A stretch of 64,000 nucleotides of DNA from an uncultured delta proteobacterium (GTDB taxonomy: Bacteria; Desulfobacterota; Desulfuromonadia; Geobacterales; DSM-12255). The notes beneath the pieces are model-generated. The model did no database searches. It was not told the DNA's origin and saw only the letters and a list, made by a program, of their open reading frames with translations. This document shows, piece by piece, positions 40,895 through 50,432 of this stretch. Position numbers and translations under genes: made by a program. The DNA lies in NCBI GenBank assembly GCA_963787125.1, contig CAWBBV010000001.1, positions 448,001 to 512,000 of the forward strand, written 5' to 3'. Position 1 is the first letter of the stretch. Each line of letters begins with the position of its first letter.

Positions 40895-41785
40895 ATGCCC
40901 AGTTTCCGCTCACCAAAAGCACAGGCCGAGCATGCCGTCACCTTAAAAGTGGCCTTGGGCAAGGGACGCCATGACCATAGGGACGACGGCAAAATTCATA
41001 GTGTCGGCTCTGCGAGGGGCTATCAGCAAGCCCTTAAGGGGGTGACCAAGTATGTGCAGGAACAGCGCCTTGGTGATCTTCGTAACATGACTACCGAGAT
41101 CGCACAACAGTATCTGGCTGTTCGAGCTACGCTAGTTACACAGAAAACCCTCGATTTAGATCGACAGGCGCTCCAGATGCACATGGGAATACGTCTTGAT
41201 GTTGTTAAAAGCGAGAAGGAGACCCATTTGTCCACTCGGAGCTATTCGACGGCGCAGATCGAGCGGATAGCTTCCGCCCAGTCGGAGCGAAACAGCTTGG
41301 CTACACAGATCGCCCACTGTGCCGGTTTAAGGGCACATGAGCTGTTGACCATCCGACCGATGGAGGAACGCGAAGCATCTAAACATCGAGAGTGGAGCGC
41401 TGACCGTTTTTTAGGCCGGGAAGGTGCGCGCTATACGGTGGAAGGAAAAGGTGGTTTGGTTCGAGAGGTAATGCTTTCGAATGAGTTGGCGAAACAATTG
41501 GAGGCAACGCGTCTTGTCGAACCTCGACAGGTAGTTGATCGGGGTGTGAATTATAGTCAGTATTACGACATTGGTGGCGGCCGGGCATGGAGTCAGAGTT
41601 TTTCTGCAGCCAGCCAGCGTGAGCTCGGTTTTTCGACTGGAGCGCACGGACTTCGTCATTCTTACGCCCAAGAGAGAATGGATGAATTGCAGGCCAGAGG
41701 CATGTCGTACGAAAACGCCAAAGGGACAGTCGCCCAGGAAGTCGGGCATTTTGATAAAGAGACTACGGAGGCTTATTTACGATGA
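40895..41785 (+). CDS. Tyrosine recombinase superfamily protein (possible relaxase-like)
   Basis: GLRAHE (R), GKGG (K), HGLRH (HxxR), GHF (H) and terminal YLR (Y). Confidence 0.85.
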   Translation: MPSFRSPKAQAEHAVTLKVALGKGRHDHRDDGKIHSVGSARGYQQALKGVTKYVQEQRLGDLRNMTTEIAQQYLAVRATLVTQKTLDLDRQALQMHMGIRLDVVKSEKETHLSTRSYSTAQIERIASAQSERNSLATQIAHCAGLRAHELLTIRPMEEREASKHREWSADRFLGREGARYTVEGKGGLVREVMLSNELAKQLEATRLVEPRQVVDRGVNYSQYYDIGGGRAWSQSFSAASQRELGFSTGAHGLRHSYAQERMDELQARGMSYENAKGTVAQEVGHFDKETTEAYLR

Positions 41786-42507
41786 AAACACGATATTGGT
41801 GGATAGTTGGAGGAGTATGTCTCGGCGCCTCACTTATTTATCTACATTCAAAGCAAGAGACAATGGTGGTTACATGGTTAAATGCTGGCGTTGACAATGC
41901 TTCTGAAAATTCAAAGTGGGTTTTAGTTAATTATAGCAATGGTAAGGTTGTACATGCCATTGAATGCTTGGAATTTGCAGAGGGGTGGGAAGCTTTACGG
42001 GCCATCTGGCCACTGTCGCTTGGCTTAATTGTATTATCGGTTTCTATTGGGATAATTATAGGGAGATTTATTCGAGATACGCACGCTGCTGCTGAACATC
42101 AATATGCGCTTTCTGAGATGGAAGGAAAATATCGAGAAAGAATAAACCTTGCGATAAAAATCCACGAGCGAGCGGTAAGCATGGAGGTCAACGCAAAAGT
42201 TCGTGTCAAGGAGGTCAATGATAAAGAAACAGCGCTTATAATGAAAGAGCACGCAGTGGAGTGCAAGGAGCGAAATATTGAAAATACAATTGACGAAAAG
42301 GTGTTAACGACTCAAAAACTGCTAAAAAACCTTCAAGAAGACCACAAAAATCGTTATTGCAAGATGGAAAACCTTGAACAGGATAAACTTGTTTTGAGAA
42401 AGAAAAATATCTTACTGGAGAAGGAACTCATTAAGCTACATGAGGAAAATGTCTCTTTAACAAGAGAACTTTTGACCATCAAGATGGCTTCCAGCAATAA
42501 ATCGTAG
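41782..42507 (+). CDS. Hypothetical membrane protein with coiled-coil C-terminus
   Basis: Two hydrophobic segments and an E/K-rich heptad tail; ATGA overlap with the recombinase gene. Confidence 0.6.
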   Translation: MKTRYWWIVGGVCLGASLIYLHSKQETMVVTWLNAGVDNASENSKWVLVNYSNGKVVHAIECLEFAEGWEALRAIWPLSLGLIVLSVSIGIIIGRFIRDTHAAAEHQYALSEMEGKYRERINLAIKIHERAVSMEVNAKVRVKEVNDKETALIMKEHAVECKERNIENTIDEKVLTTQKLLKNLQEDHKNRYCKMENLEQDKLVLRKKNILLEKELIKLHEENVSLTRELLTIKMASSNKS

Positions 42508-42581
42508 ATTCATTATTTCCCAAGTAAATTCCCGCAAACCATAAATCGTAATAAGCCGTTCTCAATCGACAAGGAGGAAGT

Positions 42582-42968
42582 ATGAAAGTGCCATCAAACG
42601 AGTGTGAAATTCACCACAGAGCTATCATGTCAGACCTTAAAGGCCGTTCTGTGGTTGACACGAGTGTAGTTTCAGAAATCAAACAGGTTGTTGATAAGTT
42701 CTCTCCAGAAAACATACATGAAGAAGATTGGTGGAAAATTATACTGTATTTGCGAGAAAAGTTGTCAAAGTTTGATTGGATACCAGTTACTGATTCACTT
42801 CCTGCCCCTGGAAGAATGGTGATAACATTCAGTCCCTTTTGCGATATTCCAGTATATCCGGCGTATTTTAATGATGGCATCTGGGAAGATTCGAATAATT
42901 ACGTACTAGCCACTACAGAGGTTACTCACTGGCAGCCGCTCCCAGAACCTCCGTCAGGTAAATTTTGA
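42582..42968 (+). CDS. DUF551-like phage protein
   Basis: WIPVTDSLP ... VTHWQPLPEPP; AAGGAGG RBS. Confidence 0.8.
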   Translation: MKVPSNECEIHHRAIMSDLKGRSVVDTSVVSEIKQVVDKFSPENIHEEDWWKIILYLREKLSKFDWIPVTDSLPAPGRMVITFSPFCDIPVYPAYFNDGIWEDSNNYVLATTEVTHWQPLPEPPSGKF

Positions 42969-43572
42969 TGTCGTAGTTGCATCCAAGTTTCAGCATAAAG
43001 ACAATTGGGAGCATGTTGTGTATTCTTGAGCATTGTGAATTGCTAGGCGAACAACAGAACAGCTTCACCATCGAGTTCTCGCAAACAGCCAAAAGACAGA
43101 TATTCCTGACAGATATTCCTTGCACAGTCAGATCTCTGAGGCTAAAATACCTCCATAATGTATGTACAGCGTACCGTAAGCTGAGAGTTCCACAGGAACA
43201 GCGGATTGGCTCCCAGAAACCAACCTCGGTAAATTCTGGCGGTTCTATCTCGACCGGCACATGATGCAACGGATAGCAGCGGTGAACAGTCCCACGCTGA
43301 AAACTGGGGGCGAATCGGGAAGGCGACTTCTCGCGGTGGTCAATGACCATCGGCCACAGCAGCTCACACTGACTGTATGGCAATCTAAAGCGACGCAATG
43401 TCAAAAACAAAGAAACTTTATAGCAATAAATCAGGTGAGCTATGCTTTAGTTCGAATTGATAGTAATTTTTGCCGTTATATCAGTCCTTTCACGAAGAAT
43501 TCCCTTTCGAGCCTAAATCACCACTTGTACCACAATCACACACCGATAGAGTATTTAGCAGAATAAAAGCAA

Positions 43573-43600
43573 CAGGCCAGCCCTATTAGGGACTGGCCTG
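43573..43600. terminator. Hairpin, probable terminator of the lipoprotein gene
   Basis: CAGGCCAGCCCT-ATT-AGGGACTGGCCTG. Confidence 0.5.
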
Positions 43601-43624
43601 AATAATAATACACCTGATTTGCAC

Positions 43625-44371
43625 TTATTTTCGTTCTAAGTAGTAGAGCGTACCCGCTTTAATTTGTTTATCGAGCACAATATCGCCAATCAACTCTTTT
43701 TTGGGGTATTTTTGCATAACTGTGACGCTGATTGAATTTTCGGTAACACTTTCAAGGTACCACTGACCAACTTCAGTGGGGTCACCAATGCCTAAGGACT
43801 TCTTATTTACAGAAACCATTTTTCGAGTGATACTTCCCAAGGATTTCGACACAGCACTAATATCATGTCCAGCCAGTTTACTGTTATCATCATAACAGAA
43901 GTGTGCCCCATTTCCGATATTGGTGCATTGCTTCTCCTCTAATAGGGCTCTCTTCTTATTGTATTCTTCAGTTTTCCGCTTGCTGAGGTTCTTTTCGGAT
44001 TCTACATTCGTGACCAAGTAGCCCTGTCCAGAGTTATCCTTGTAATGGGCGACTGATACAGAATACTTGCTGCTTCCATCAGCAATCTGATCGAGGCCTT
44101 GAGTGTCCGCATTTGTATGAGCATATATATAGTCGTCGTAACGTTGTCCTCCCATGGATACGTGTGATCCTGTCTTAAGTCTGACGAAATACTGTGGAGT
44201 TCCGTCAGCGAATGGGTCTCTCTTGCTAATTTCTTCACTTGGAACATCCCAAAATGCTTTGGAATTGTTCATGTTCGATGGCATATGCAAGGGGACATAG
44301 ATAGGGGCACAAGCAGATAAAGCTGACATGACCAGTATTACAAAAAACAGAAGACTAATGTTCTTACGCAT
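43625..44371 (-). CDS. Hypothetical lipoprotein
   Basis: AGGAG RBS, MRKN start, lipobox LSAC. Confidence 0.7.
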   Translation of the reverse strand: MRKNISLLFFVILVMSALSACAPIYVPLHMPSNMNNSKAFWDVPSEEISKRDPFADGTPQYFVRLKTGSHVSMGGQRYDDYIYAHTNADTQGLDQIADGSSKYSVSVAHYKDNSGQGYLVTNVESEKNLSKRKTEEYNKKRALLEEKQCTNIGNGAHFCYDDNSKLAGHDISAVSKSLGSITRKMVSVNKKSLGIGDPTEVGQWYLESVTENSISVTVMQKYPKKELIGDIVLDKQIKAGTLYYLERK

Positions 44372-44702
44372 TTCAAACTCTCCTTTGCAATTAAATGAGG
44401 AACACAATAAACCGCTCAAAGATACCTATCTGCAATTTCAGGTGATACAAATTACATTATTAATCGTTTGAGTCAAGGATAATTATTAGCGGCCAGCTAT
44501 TACTTCATACTAATATAATACCCATCCATCTCGGCATACGTGGAGAAGCCTTATCGCATTGAATAAGCCAGTCATAACGTTTGTCAGTAGAAAGCTGAAA
44601 TATAGCGGCAATAATTTGTTTGAGTATACCTTAGGGTATATCGTTAATTATGTCTTGCTTAAATATCAATATACTACAGCATATTAGCCGGTTTATTAAA
44701 AC

Positions 44703-44799
44703 GACTACCTCCCTGTAAAAACAGAGGGTTACAGTTTTTTGACTGTAACCCTTTTTGTATATGCTTGAAAAGTGTGAACGTAGGTGTGAACGTTTAAAG
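44703..44799 (+). repeat. att-like junction repeat, copy 1
   Basis: GACTACCTCC..GTAAAAACA..GGGTTACAG..CTGTAACCCTTTTT..AAGTGTGAACGTAGGTGTGAACGTTTAAAG. Confidence 0.8.
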
Positions 44800-44811
44800 A
44801 GAGTATTCCAG

Positions 44812-45477
44812 TTACAGTTGCCGGATACACTCTTCCGAACTATGGCCCGGACTGTTAACGTAGGTTGAAACCTTGACTGCCGTCAGGCTGTCAGCTGCGC
44901 AGGGTTGAAAGAGTCGGGTTATATTGTCCAGAATATTTTGATCCGTACTTAACCAACTGCTGTAGTCAGCCGGCGACAAGATAACCGGCATCCGCTCATG
45001 TATCGTCGCCATAAAGCTGTTGGCCGCCGTGGTCAGAATACAGAACGTTTCCAGAGATTCGCCTTCCGGCGATCGCCAACTCTCCCACAGTCCGGCAAAT
45101 CCCATCGGCGCATCATCTTTCAATGTAATATACCAGGGCTGCTTGCTGCCGTCAGTGTGTGACCACTCAAAAAATCCCGAAGCCGGGACGATGCAGCGTC
45201 GCTGCCTGAGAGCATGGCGAAAAGATGGCTTTTCATGAACTGTCTCGCTGCGGGCATTGATAATCTTAGAACCGATGAGCGGATCTTTTGCCCAGGAAGG
45301 GACAAGCCCCCAGCCCAGGTCATCAAGCCTACGCTCACCTTTAACTACTTCCCGTACCACCGGCACTTTTTGAGTCGGGGCTATGTTATAGCGCGGTGTC
45401 AGTTGTAGCGGGGGCTTAACGCCGAAGACAGTTCCCAGCAGTTCAGGCGAAAGCAGTGAAGTAAATCGACCACACAT
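44812..45477 (-). CDS. SRAP (YedK/HMCES) abasic-site processing protein
   Basis: MCGRF N-terminus, RYNIAPTQ, INARSET, GFFEW and HERMPVIL. Confidence 0.95.
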   Translation of the reverse strand: MCGRFTSLLSPELLGTVFGVKPPLQLTPRYNIAPTQKVPVVREVVKGERRLDDLGWGLVPSWAKDPLIGSKIINARSETVHEKPSFRHALRQRRCIVPASGFFEWSHTDGSKQPWYITLKDDAPMGFAGLWESWRSPEGESLETFCILTTAANSFMATIHERMPVILSPADYSSWLSTDQNILDNITRLFQPCAADSLTAVKVSTYVNSPGHSSEECIRQL

Positions 45478-45481
45478 GATC

Positions 45482-45664
45482 TTAGCGGGAAATGTAGGCG
45501 TTCAGGCCGATGGTGATCGGCTTACCATCAACCATGGCGGTGGTAACGGCATTACCCCTTGTGCTGGCGACCACCAGCGTCTTGCCGGTAGATGAGGGGG
45601 TCGGTTTCTCCAGGTCTATCTCTATGCAAAGCTTATTGCCTTTTATTTCAACTGTCATTGCCAT
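45482..45664 (-). CDS. Small hypothetical protein
   Basis: AAGGAG RBS; compact beta-rich sequence PSSTGKTLVVASTRGN; 4-nt gap to SRAP. Confidence 0.7.
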   Translation of the reverse strand: MAMTVEIKGNKLCIEIDLEKPTPSSTGKTLVVASTRGNAVTTAMVDGKPITIGLNAYISR

Positions 45665-45877
45665 AGATGTCTCCTTTAGGATAACGGCTGCGCGTCCAAC
45701 GGTGTGGTTGGAAGCTCAATTTTTATCGAGCATTTAATTTTGTCTCATGTCAAGGGCAGACCCTTCCGGAGTTCTGCAAGCACATCGTGGTGCACTTACA
45801 AATGTGAATCTGCCTAACAAGGCTTTTTTATCAGCTCTTTGGAAGCGTCTTAAAGATTCCTTCCAAGTGACTTCTGT

Positions 45878-48800
45878 CTATTTAACAGCAAACAATGCGC
45901 TGTCCTTCCCAAAATTAATAATCAAAGGTGTCTGTGGATGGCCTAGTTGCGTAGAAATTTCAGTTGTCTTGTTCTTGGAATACATTCCGAGACCTATTAC
46001 CGTCACGTTTCCATTACTGTCTTTGCCGACTTCTTCTGTATTCTTAATGCCGCTCAGAAGGGTGTGGGTATACAGCCCATTCCCTCGGTAACCATCCATG
46101 GCAGTTTGAACACTACCTGCAGAGGCATAGATGTGAAGACCCATTTTCTTTGCCATAACTGACATTCTGGCATCATAGAGCGAGCTGATAATGTTGTCGA
46201 CACCACCTGCGTGACAGGTGTCAAAGATGAAGAGCTGGGACAATGATTTTACCTTTTTCGATATCTCAACTATTTCGTTAGAGCTGATCAGTTTATTTGT
46301 GTCATTCAGGTTGCCATTGTAGTCAGAAGTTACGATGTAATACTGATCCTGTACCAGTGCACCATGCGAAGCTACAAAGAGGATAAAGCTGTCTCCATGC
46401 TTGATTTTACGGGAAAGGGTTTCAATCTTCGATAATATATTCGCTTTGCTGGCCTGGTTATCCAGTAAACGCTCTACATGGATATTGTCTGGTTTGTAGA
46501 GGCTAAGTGCTTTTTCTGGCAACTTGGTAATAAAGTCGTTAGCATCCTTGGCCGCATATTTGAGGTTAACACTTCCGTCTTTATATTTGTCTATGCCAAT
46601 TGCGAGAATAAAGAGCCTAGGTTCAACAGGCTTGCGGGAAGATTCAAAGACAGCTGTTTGCATATAACTCTGGATCGAGTTGTTGGCATTAAATGCGGCA
46701 ACGCTGATCTCGTTCTCACCGGATACCGCTTCCAGTTCAACGCACTCTTTGATTGAATCACCTTTAGACTTTGCGACAATGAAATCAGGCTTTTCTTTTG
46801 CCAGAATCGAAAGTCCCCGCATATCCTTCTGGATTGCACGACTGTTCATGCTGTCAAGTTGTCGTTTCTCAGATGTACTCTTGGCAATGGCATCGCGGTA
46901 AAAGCCATCAGATTTGACCAGTTTTCCATTCTGGAACAGACGGACCTCACCGATTCCGCCACCGGTACTCTTTATGCTGTAACAAAGCTGGACAAACTCT
47001 TTATCGGATTTATTAGGGATTGCTGAAAGCATGACAGTTGGGGGAGGATTACGTATGGCATCTTCAATTGTTATGCTGATCATGTTATTTATGTCTTCGC
47101 CTTTGAGTTTTACTTGTACGATATCAGGGCGGTAGAAAACATCATAGAACTGGTCAATGCCGTAGACCGTATTACTGTTTCTGAGACGAATATTGAGCTG
47201 TTTATGACCATTCAACGATGAGTTGTAGTACCCCTCAGGTGTCATGACAATCCATTCGTTATCACTGAAGGAGCTGAACTGGGCTATTTCTTTACCGGAA
47301 GCAGTCTCCCATTGCCGGATTGCATTTTTTCCTGCGAGAACATACTTTCCCTCTGGACTGAATGCGGCAAAATTAACATTACCTGATCCTTTAAAAGTAC
47401 GTATTGCTCTACCAGTTCCCGTGTCATAGAGTTTCAGGCTATCCTCGCTAAATGATAATGCCCCGCCTTTTGTCCCAGCTAGTGCATATTTCCCATCCGG
47501 GCTGAAGGCAATAGATTCAACAAAGTCAATACCCCCCATTGACTTTATTTTTTGCCCGCTGGCAATATCCCAAAGTTTGATGGTTTGACGCGTTATAGAA
47601 CTCCCTGAAAGAGCATACTTCCCATCCGGGCTAATTGCTATAGCCTGGACACTGCCTGCATTTTCGATAGTTTTAATCTTAGTTCCATTACTGACATTCC
47701 AAAAACTGAGCTTGCCATCATAACTTCCCGCGAGCAGAAAGCGACCGTCTGGACTGAAGGCAATCGAGGAAATCATGTACTGATCACTTTTAATGGTCCA
47801 TATCTCTTTCGCGCTATTAATGTCTCTGAGAGTAAGGATCGACCCACTTCCTGCAGAAAGCACATATTTCCCGTCAGGGCTAATAACAACAGATTTAACT
47901 GCAGACTGCCCCGTGAAAGTTCGGATTTCCTTGCCGCTGCTTAACTCCCAAAGTTTAAGAGTTTTATCCTCACTTCCTGAAAGAGCATAATTTCCATCTG
48001 GGCTTAGGGCTACAGAATTAACTTTTTGGGAATGCCCCTTAAAAGCCTGTATCTTCCTGCCGCTGCCGATATCCCATAAATTGAGGTCGTTATCGTCACT
48101 TCCAGAAAGTATATATTTCCCGTCAAAGCTGACGGCGGCAGAATTTATATCTGCTGAATGGCCGCTGAATGTGCGGACTTCATTTCCGCTGTTAATTTCC
48201 CAGAGTTTACTGGTTTTATCAATACTACCTGAAAGCAGATAGTTCCCATCCTGACTAAAAACGGCCGAAAGCACCCGGGCTGAAAGTCCCTTATAATTTC
48301 GTATCTCCATACCACTATTAAGATCCCAGATTTTTAGAGCATTATCCCACCCTCCGGAAAGAACTTGCTTGCCATCTGGACTAAAGGCTACAGTCGCAAC
48401 TCTATTTGTGTGCCCCTTAAGAGTTCGTATCTCCTTACCGCTGCGAATGTCCCAGAGTTTCACGGTGCTATCCCACGCCCCGGAGAGAGCATATTTCCCA
48501 TCCGGACTGAAGGCGACTGATAAAACACCATCACAGAAAGGGGCTGCTCCCGAGTGCCCCTTAAATGTACGTATTTCCTTGCCGTCACTAATGTCCCAGA
48601 GCTTTAAGGTGTTATCTGCACCTCCAGAAAGTGCGTGCTTTCCGTCTGGGCTAAAGGCTATAGAATTAATCTTATCTTCATCGCCGAAACTGCCTATGAT
48701 CTCATCGAAGTATTTTTTTAAACCTTCAGTCAACTTTTTATCGCCATCTGGGTCACTGTCTTGGCCATTGGCTTGTTTATCAGTCTTATTAGGTTGTCCC

Positions 48801-49306
48801 CAAGTTCTAACTTTAGTCCCGGCACTGATATCCCATAGAGAAATGCCTCTCCCCGCAGAGAGGGCATACTTCCCATCCGGACTGAACGCTACCGAGTTAA
48901 TATCGCCCGAATCCCCCATTGAACGGATTTCAGCGCCGCTACCGAGATCCCAAACCTTAAGACTATCTTTTCTATTTTCATTCCCGCGATTATTACTGCC
49001 GGAGAGGACATACATTCCATTTGGGCTGATAGCAACGGTATTTACCGGTTGTGTGTGCCCCTTAAAAGTTCTAATCTCTTTACCTGTGCTAATGTCCCAG
49101 AGCTTAATGGTGTTATCCCAACTTCCTGTGAGCAAATGTTTCCCATCTGGGGTTACGGTTATTGCGCTAACTGCCTTTGAATGCCCAAGTTGTGCAAAAA
49201 TCTCCATTTCCACTTTACTGTTTTCCGTGGCTGCTGCCACACTGTCTGCCATGACTGTATTACAGAGGGACATAAAAACTATTGCCAAGAACAGTTTCTG
49301 AATCAT
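45878..49306 (-). CDS. Secreted WD40-repeat protein with C-terminal caspase (peptidase C14) domain
   Basis: Signal peptide, 14 WD40 repeats, LAIGIDKY, LKYAAKDA, catalytic ASHG and DTCHAG. Confidence 0.9.
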   Translation of the reverse strand: MIQKLFLAIVFMSLCNTVMADSVAAATENSKVEMEIFAQLGHSKAVSAITVTPDGKHLLTGSWDNTIKLWDISTGKEIRTFKGHTQPVNTVAISPNGMYVLSGSNNRGNENRKDSLKVWDLGSGAEIRSMGDSGDINSVAFSPDGKYALSAGRGISLWDISAGTKVRTWGQPNKTDKQANGQDSDPDGDKKLTEGLKKYFDEIIGSFGDEDKINSIAFSPDGKHALSGGADNTLKLWDISDGKEIRTFKGHSGAAPFCDGVLSVAFSPDGKYALSGAWDSTVKLWDIRSGKEIRTLKGHTNRVATVAFSPDGKQVLSGGWDNALKIWDLNSGMEIRNYKGLSARVLSAVFSQDGNYLLSGSIDKTSKLWEINSGNEVRTFSGHSADINSAAVSFDGKYILSGSDDNDLNLWDIGSGRKIQAFKGHSQKVNSVALSPDGNYALSGSEDKTLKLWELSSGKEIRTFTGQSAVKSVVISPDGKYVLSAGSGSILTLRDINSAKEIWTIKSDQYMISSIAFSPDGRFLLAGSYDGKLSFWNVSNGTKIKTIENAGSVQAIAISPDGKYALSGSSITRQTIKLWDIASGQKIKSMGGIDFVESIAFSPDGKYALAGTKGGALSFSEDSLKLYDTGTGRAIRTFKGSGNVNFAAFSPEGKYVLAGKNAIRQWETASGKEIAQFSSFSDNEWIVMTPEGYYNSSLNGHKQLNIRLRNSNTVYGIDQFYDVFYRPDIVQVKLKGEDINNMISITIEDAIRNPPPTVMLSAIPNKSDKEFVQLCYSIKSTGGGIGEVRLFQNGKLVKSDGFYRDAIAKSTSEKRQLDSMNSRAIQKDMRGLSILAKEKPDFIVAKSKGDSIKECVELEAVSGENEISVAAFNANNSIQSYMQTAVFESSRKPVEPRLFILAIGIDKYKDGSVNLKYAAKDANDFITKLPEKALSLYKPDNIHVERLLDNQASKANILSKIETLSRKIKHGDSFILFVASHGALVQDQYYIVTSDYNGNLNDTNKLISSNEIVEISKKVKSLSQLFIFDTCHAGGVDNIISSLYDARMSVMAKKMGLHIYASAGSVQTAMDGYRGNGLYTHTLLSGIKNTEEVGKDSNGNVTVIGLGMYSKNKTTEISTQLGHPQTPLIINFGKDSALFAVK

Positions 49307-49407
49307 GAAAACTCCTTCGTGGAACTATATTCGTAAAACCTACTACCATTAAAAGTCTCATAACAACAACTCTAATCTATCAAAACAAACTATAATAGTT
49401 AACGGTA

Positions 49408-49478
49408 TCAATTGCTCGAATTCAAACACAGAAAGCCAGACAAAATGCCTGGCTTTCAAGTTTAGAGTGCTGTTAAGC
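49408..49478 (+). repeat. Palindromic repeat, attC-like copy 1
   Basis: GCTCGAATT..GAAAGCCAG-ACAAAATGC-CTGGCTTTC..GTTAAGC (fits GTTRRRY). Confidence 0.45.
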
Positions 49479-49664
49479 ATTTACATTGCATCGGTATCCA
49501 GCATCTCTCGAACTTAACCAACCTTCTGCAAGTTCACAATGACCAGGCGGGTATCTGAATTTAAAGAATCTTTAGGATTACGCAAATTTATACCGATTTT
49601 CGTTCAAAACCTTTCTGATAGTTAATGTCTTAAGGATTAATTCCAGATGCCGAATACGACTTCA

Positions 49665-50420
49665 CTAGTTGAGTGAAGTTATAAAACGCTCGATAGCATT
49701 CATATATGCCTTCACATTCACTGCCAGAATATTGTTGTGACCCCCCCGCTCGAATATCAGCTTCTCTTTCGGTTCTCTGGCCCACGCATACAACTGCTCC
49801 CCATGGGAGACATTGACCAGATCGTCGTTACGGGTATGCATGATCAACGTTCGCCCGGTGAACCTTTCTATCTTCAGCTTCTGGTTGAGGTGCTGCGCAA
49901 CTGCACACTCGAGTGATTCCATGGTAGCTCCTATCTGATACGGCTCTACCCTGACCAGGATTCTTTCCAGCGGCTCTGCAAGTCCACTTTCGATAATAAG
50001 CCCTGCTGCATCCGGGTAGAGATATGCTCCATGCACGGCATACAAAGAGCCGAGAGAGCGCCCGAAGAAGATGATCCGCTGGGGCGGCACTCCGCTAGCT
50101 TCGACGATCAACCTCACATCGTCCAGCATGGCTGCCAGTCCCGGCTCACCGTCAGACATGCCGTAGCCCCGGTACTCAGCCAGCAGCAGGTTGACCCCCA
50201 TGCCGGTCAAGATCTGCTCGAAATCGCCGAGATAATCGGCTACCGTCTCGCCGTTGCCGTGGAAATGGATAATTGTCGGATAGTCGTTCGAGAGCCGCAG
50301 GTAACGGCAGCCCAAGCGAAAACCCTCCCCTTGCACGAAAAATGGCTCGGCAAAATGATTCGGATACGGATAGAAGTAGCGTGCTGTCAGCAGGGGATGA
50401 TCAAGAATTGGATCAGTCAT
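49665..50420 (-). CDS. Alpha/beta hydrolase
   Basis: HFHGNGE, EYRGYG, GRSLG and GGHN motifs. Confidence 0.9.
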   Translation of the reverse strand: MTDPILDHPLLTARYFYPYPNHFAEPFFVQGEGFRLGCRYLRLSNDYPTIIHFHGNGETVADYLGDFEQILTGMGVNLLLAEYRGYGMSDGEPGLAAMLDDVRLIVEASGVPPQRIIFFGRSLGSLYAVHGAYLYPDAAGLIIESGLAEPLERILVRVEPYQIGATMESLECAVAQHLNQKLKIERFTGRTLIMHTRNDDLVNVSHGEQLYAWAREPKEKLIFERGGHNNILAVNVKAYMNAIERFITSLN

Positions 50421-50432
50421 ATGCATTGACTC

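Noticed and set aside
40895..41785. Recombinase as an integron integrase for the attC-like repeats
   Set aside because: I could not recognise the IntI-specific insertion or an adjacent attI, and the repeats lie in a different module
42969..43566. Short ORFs and a 13-bp tandem duplication (GACAGATATTCCT x2)
   Set aside because: No recognisable motifs or RBS; possibly decayed DNA, not supportable as a feature
47280..49200. ~126-bp periodic DNA repeats suggesting CRISPR or a DGR; 310-aa antisense ORF 48369-49301
   Set aside because: Fully explained by WD40 coding repeats; no cas or reverse transcriptase gene in the window
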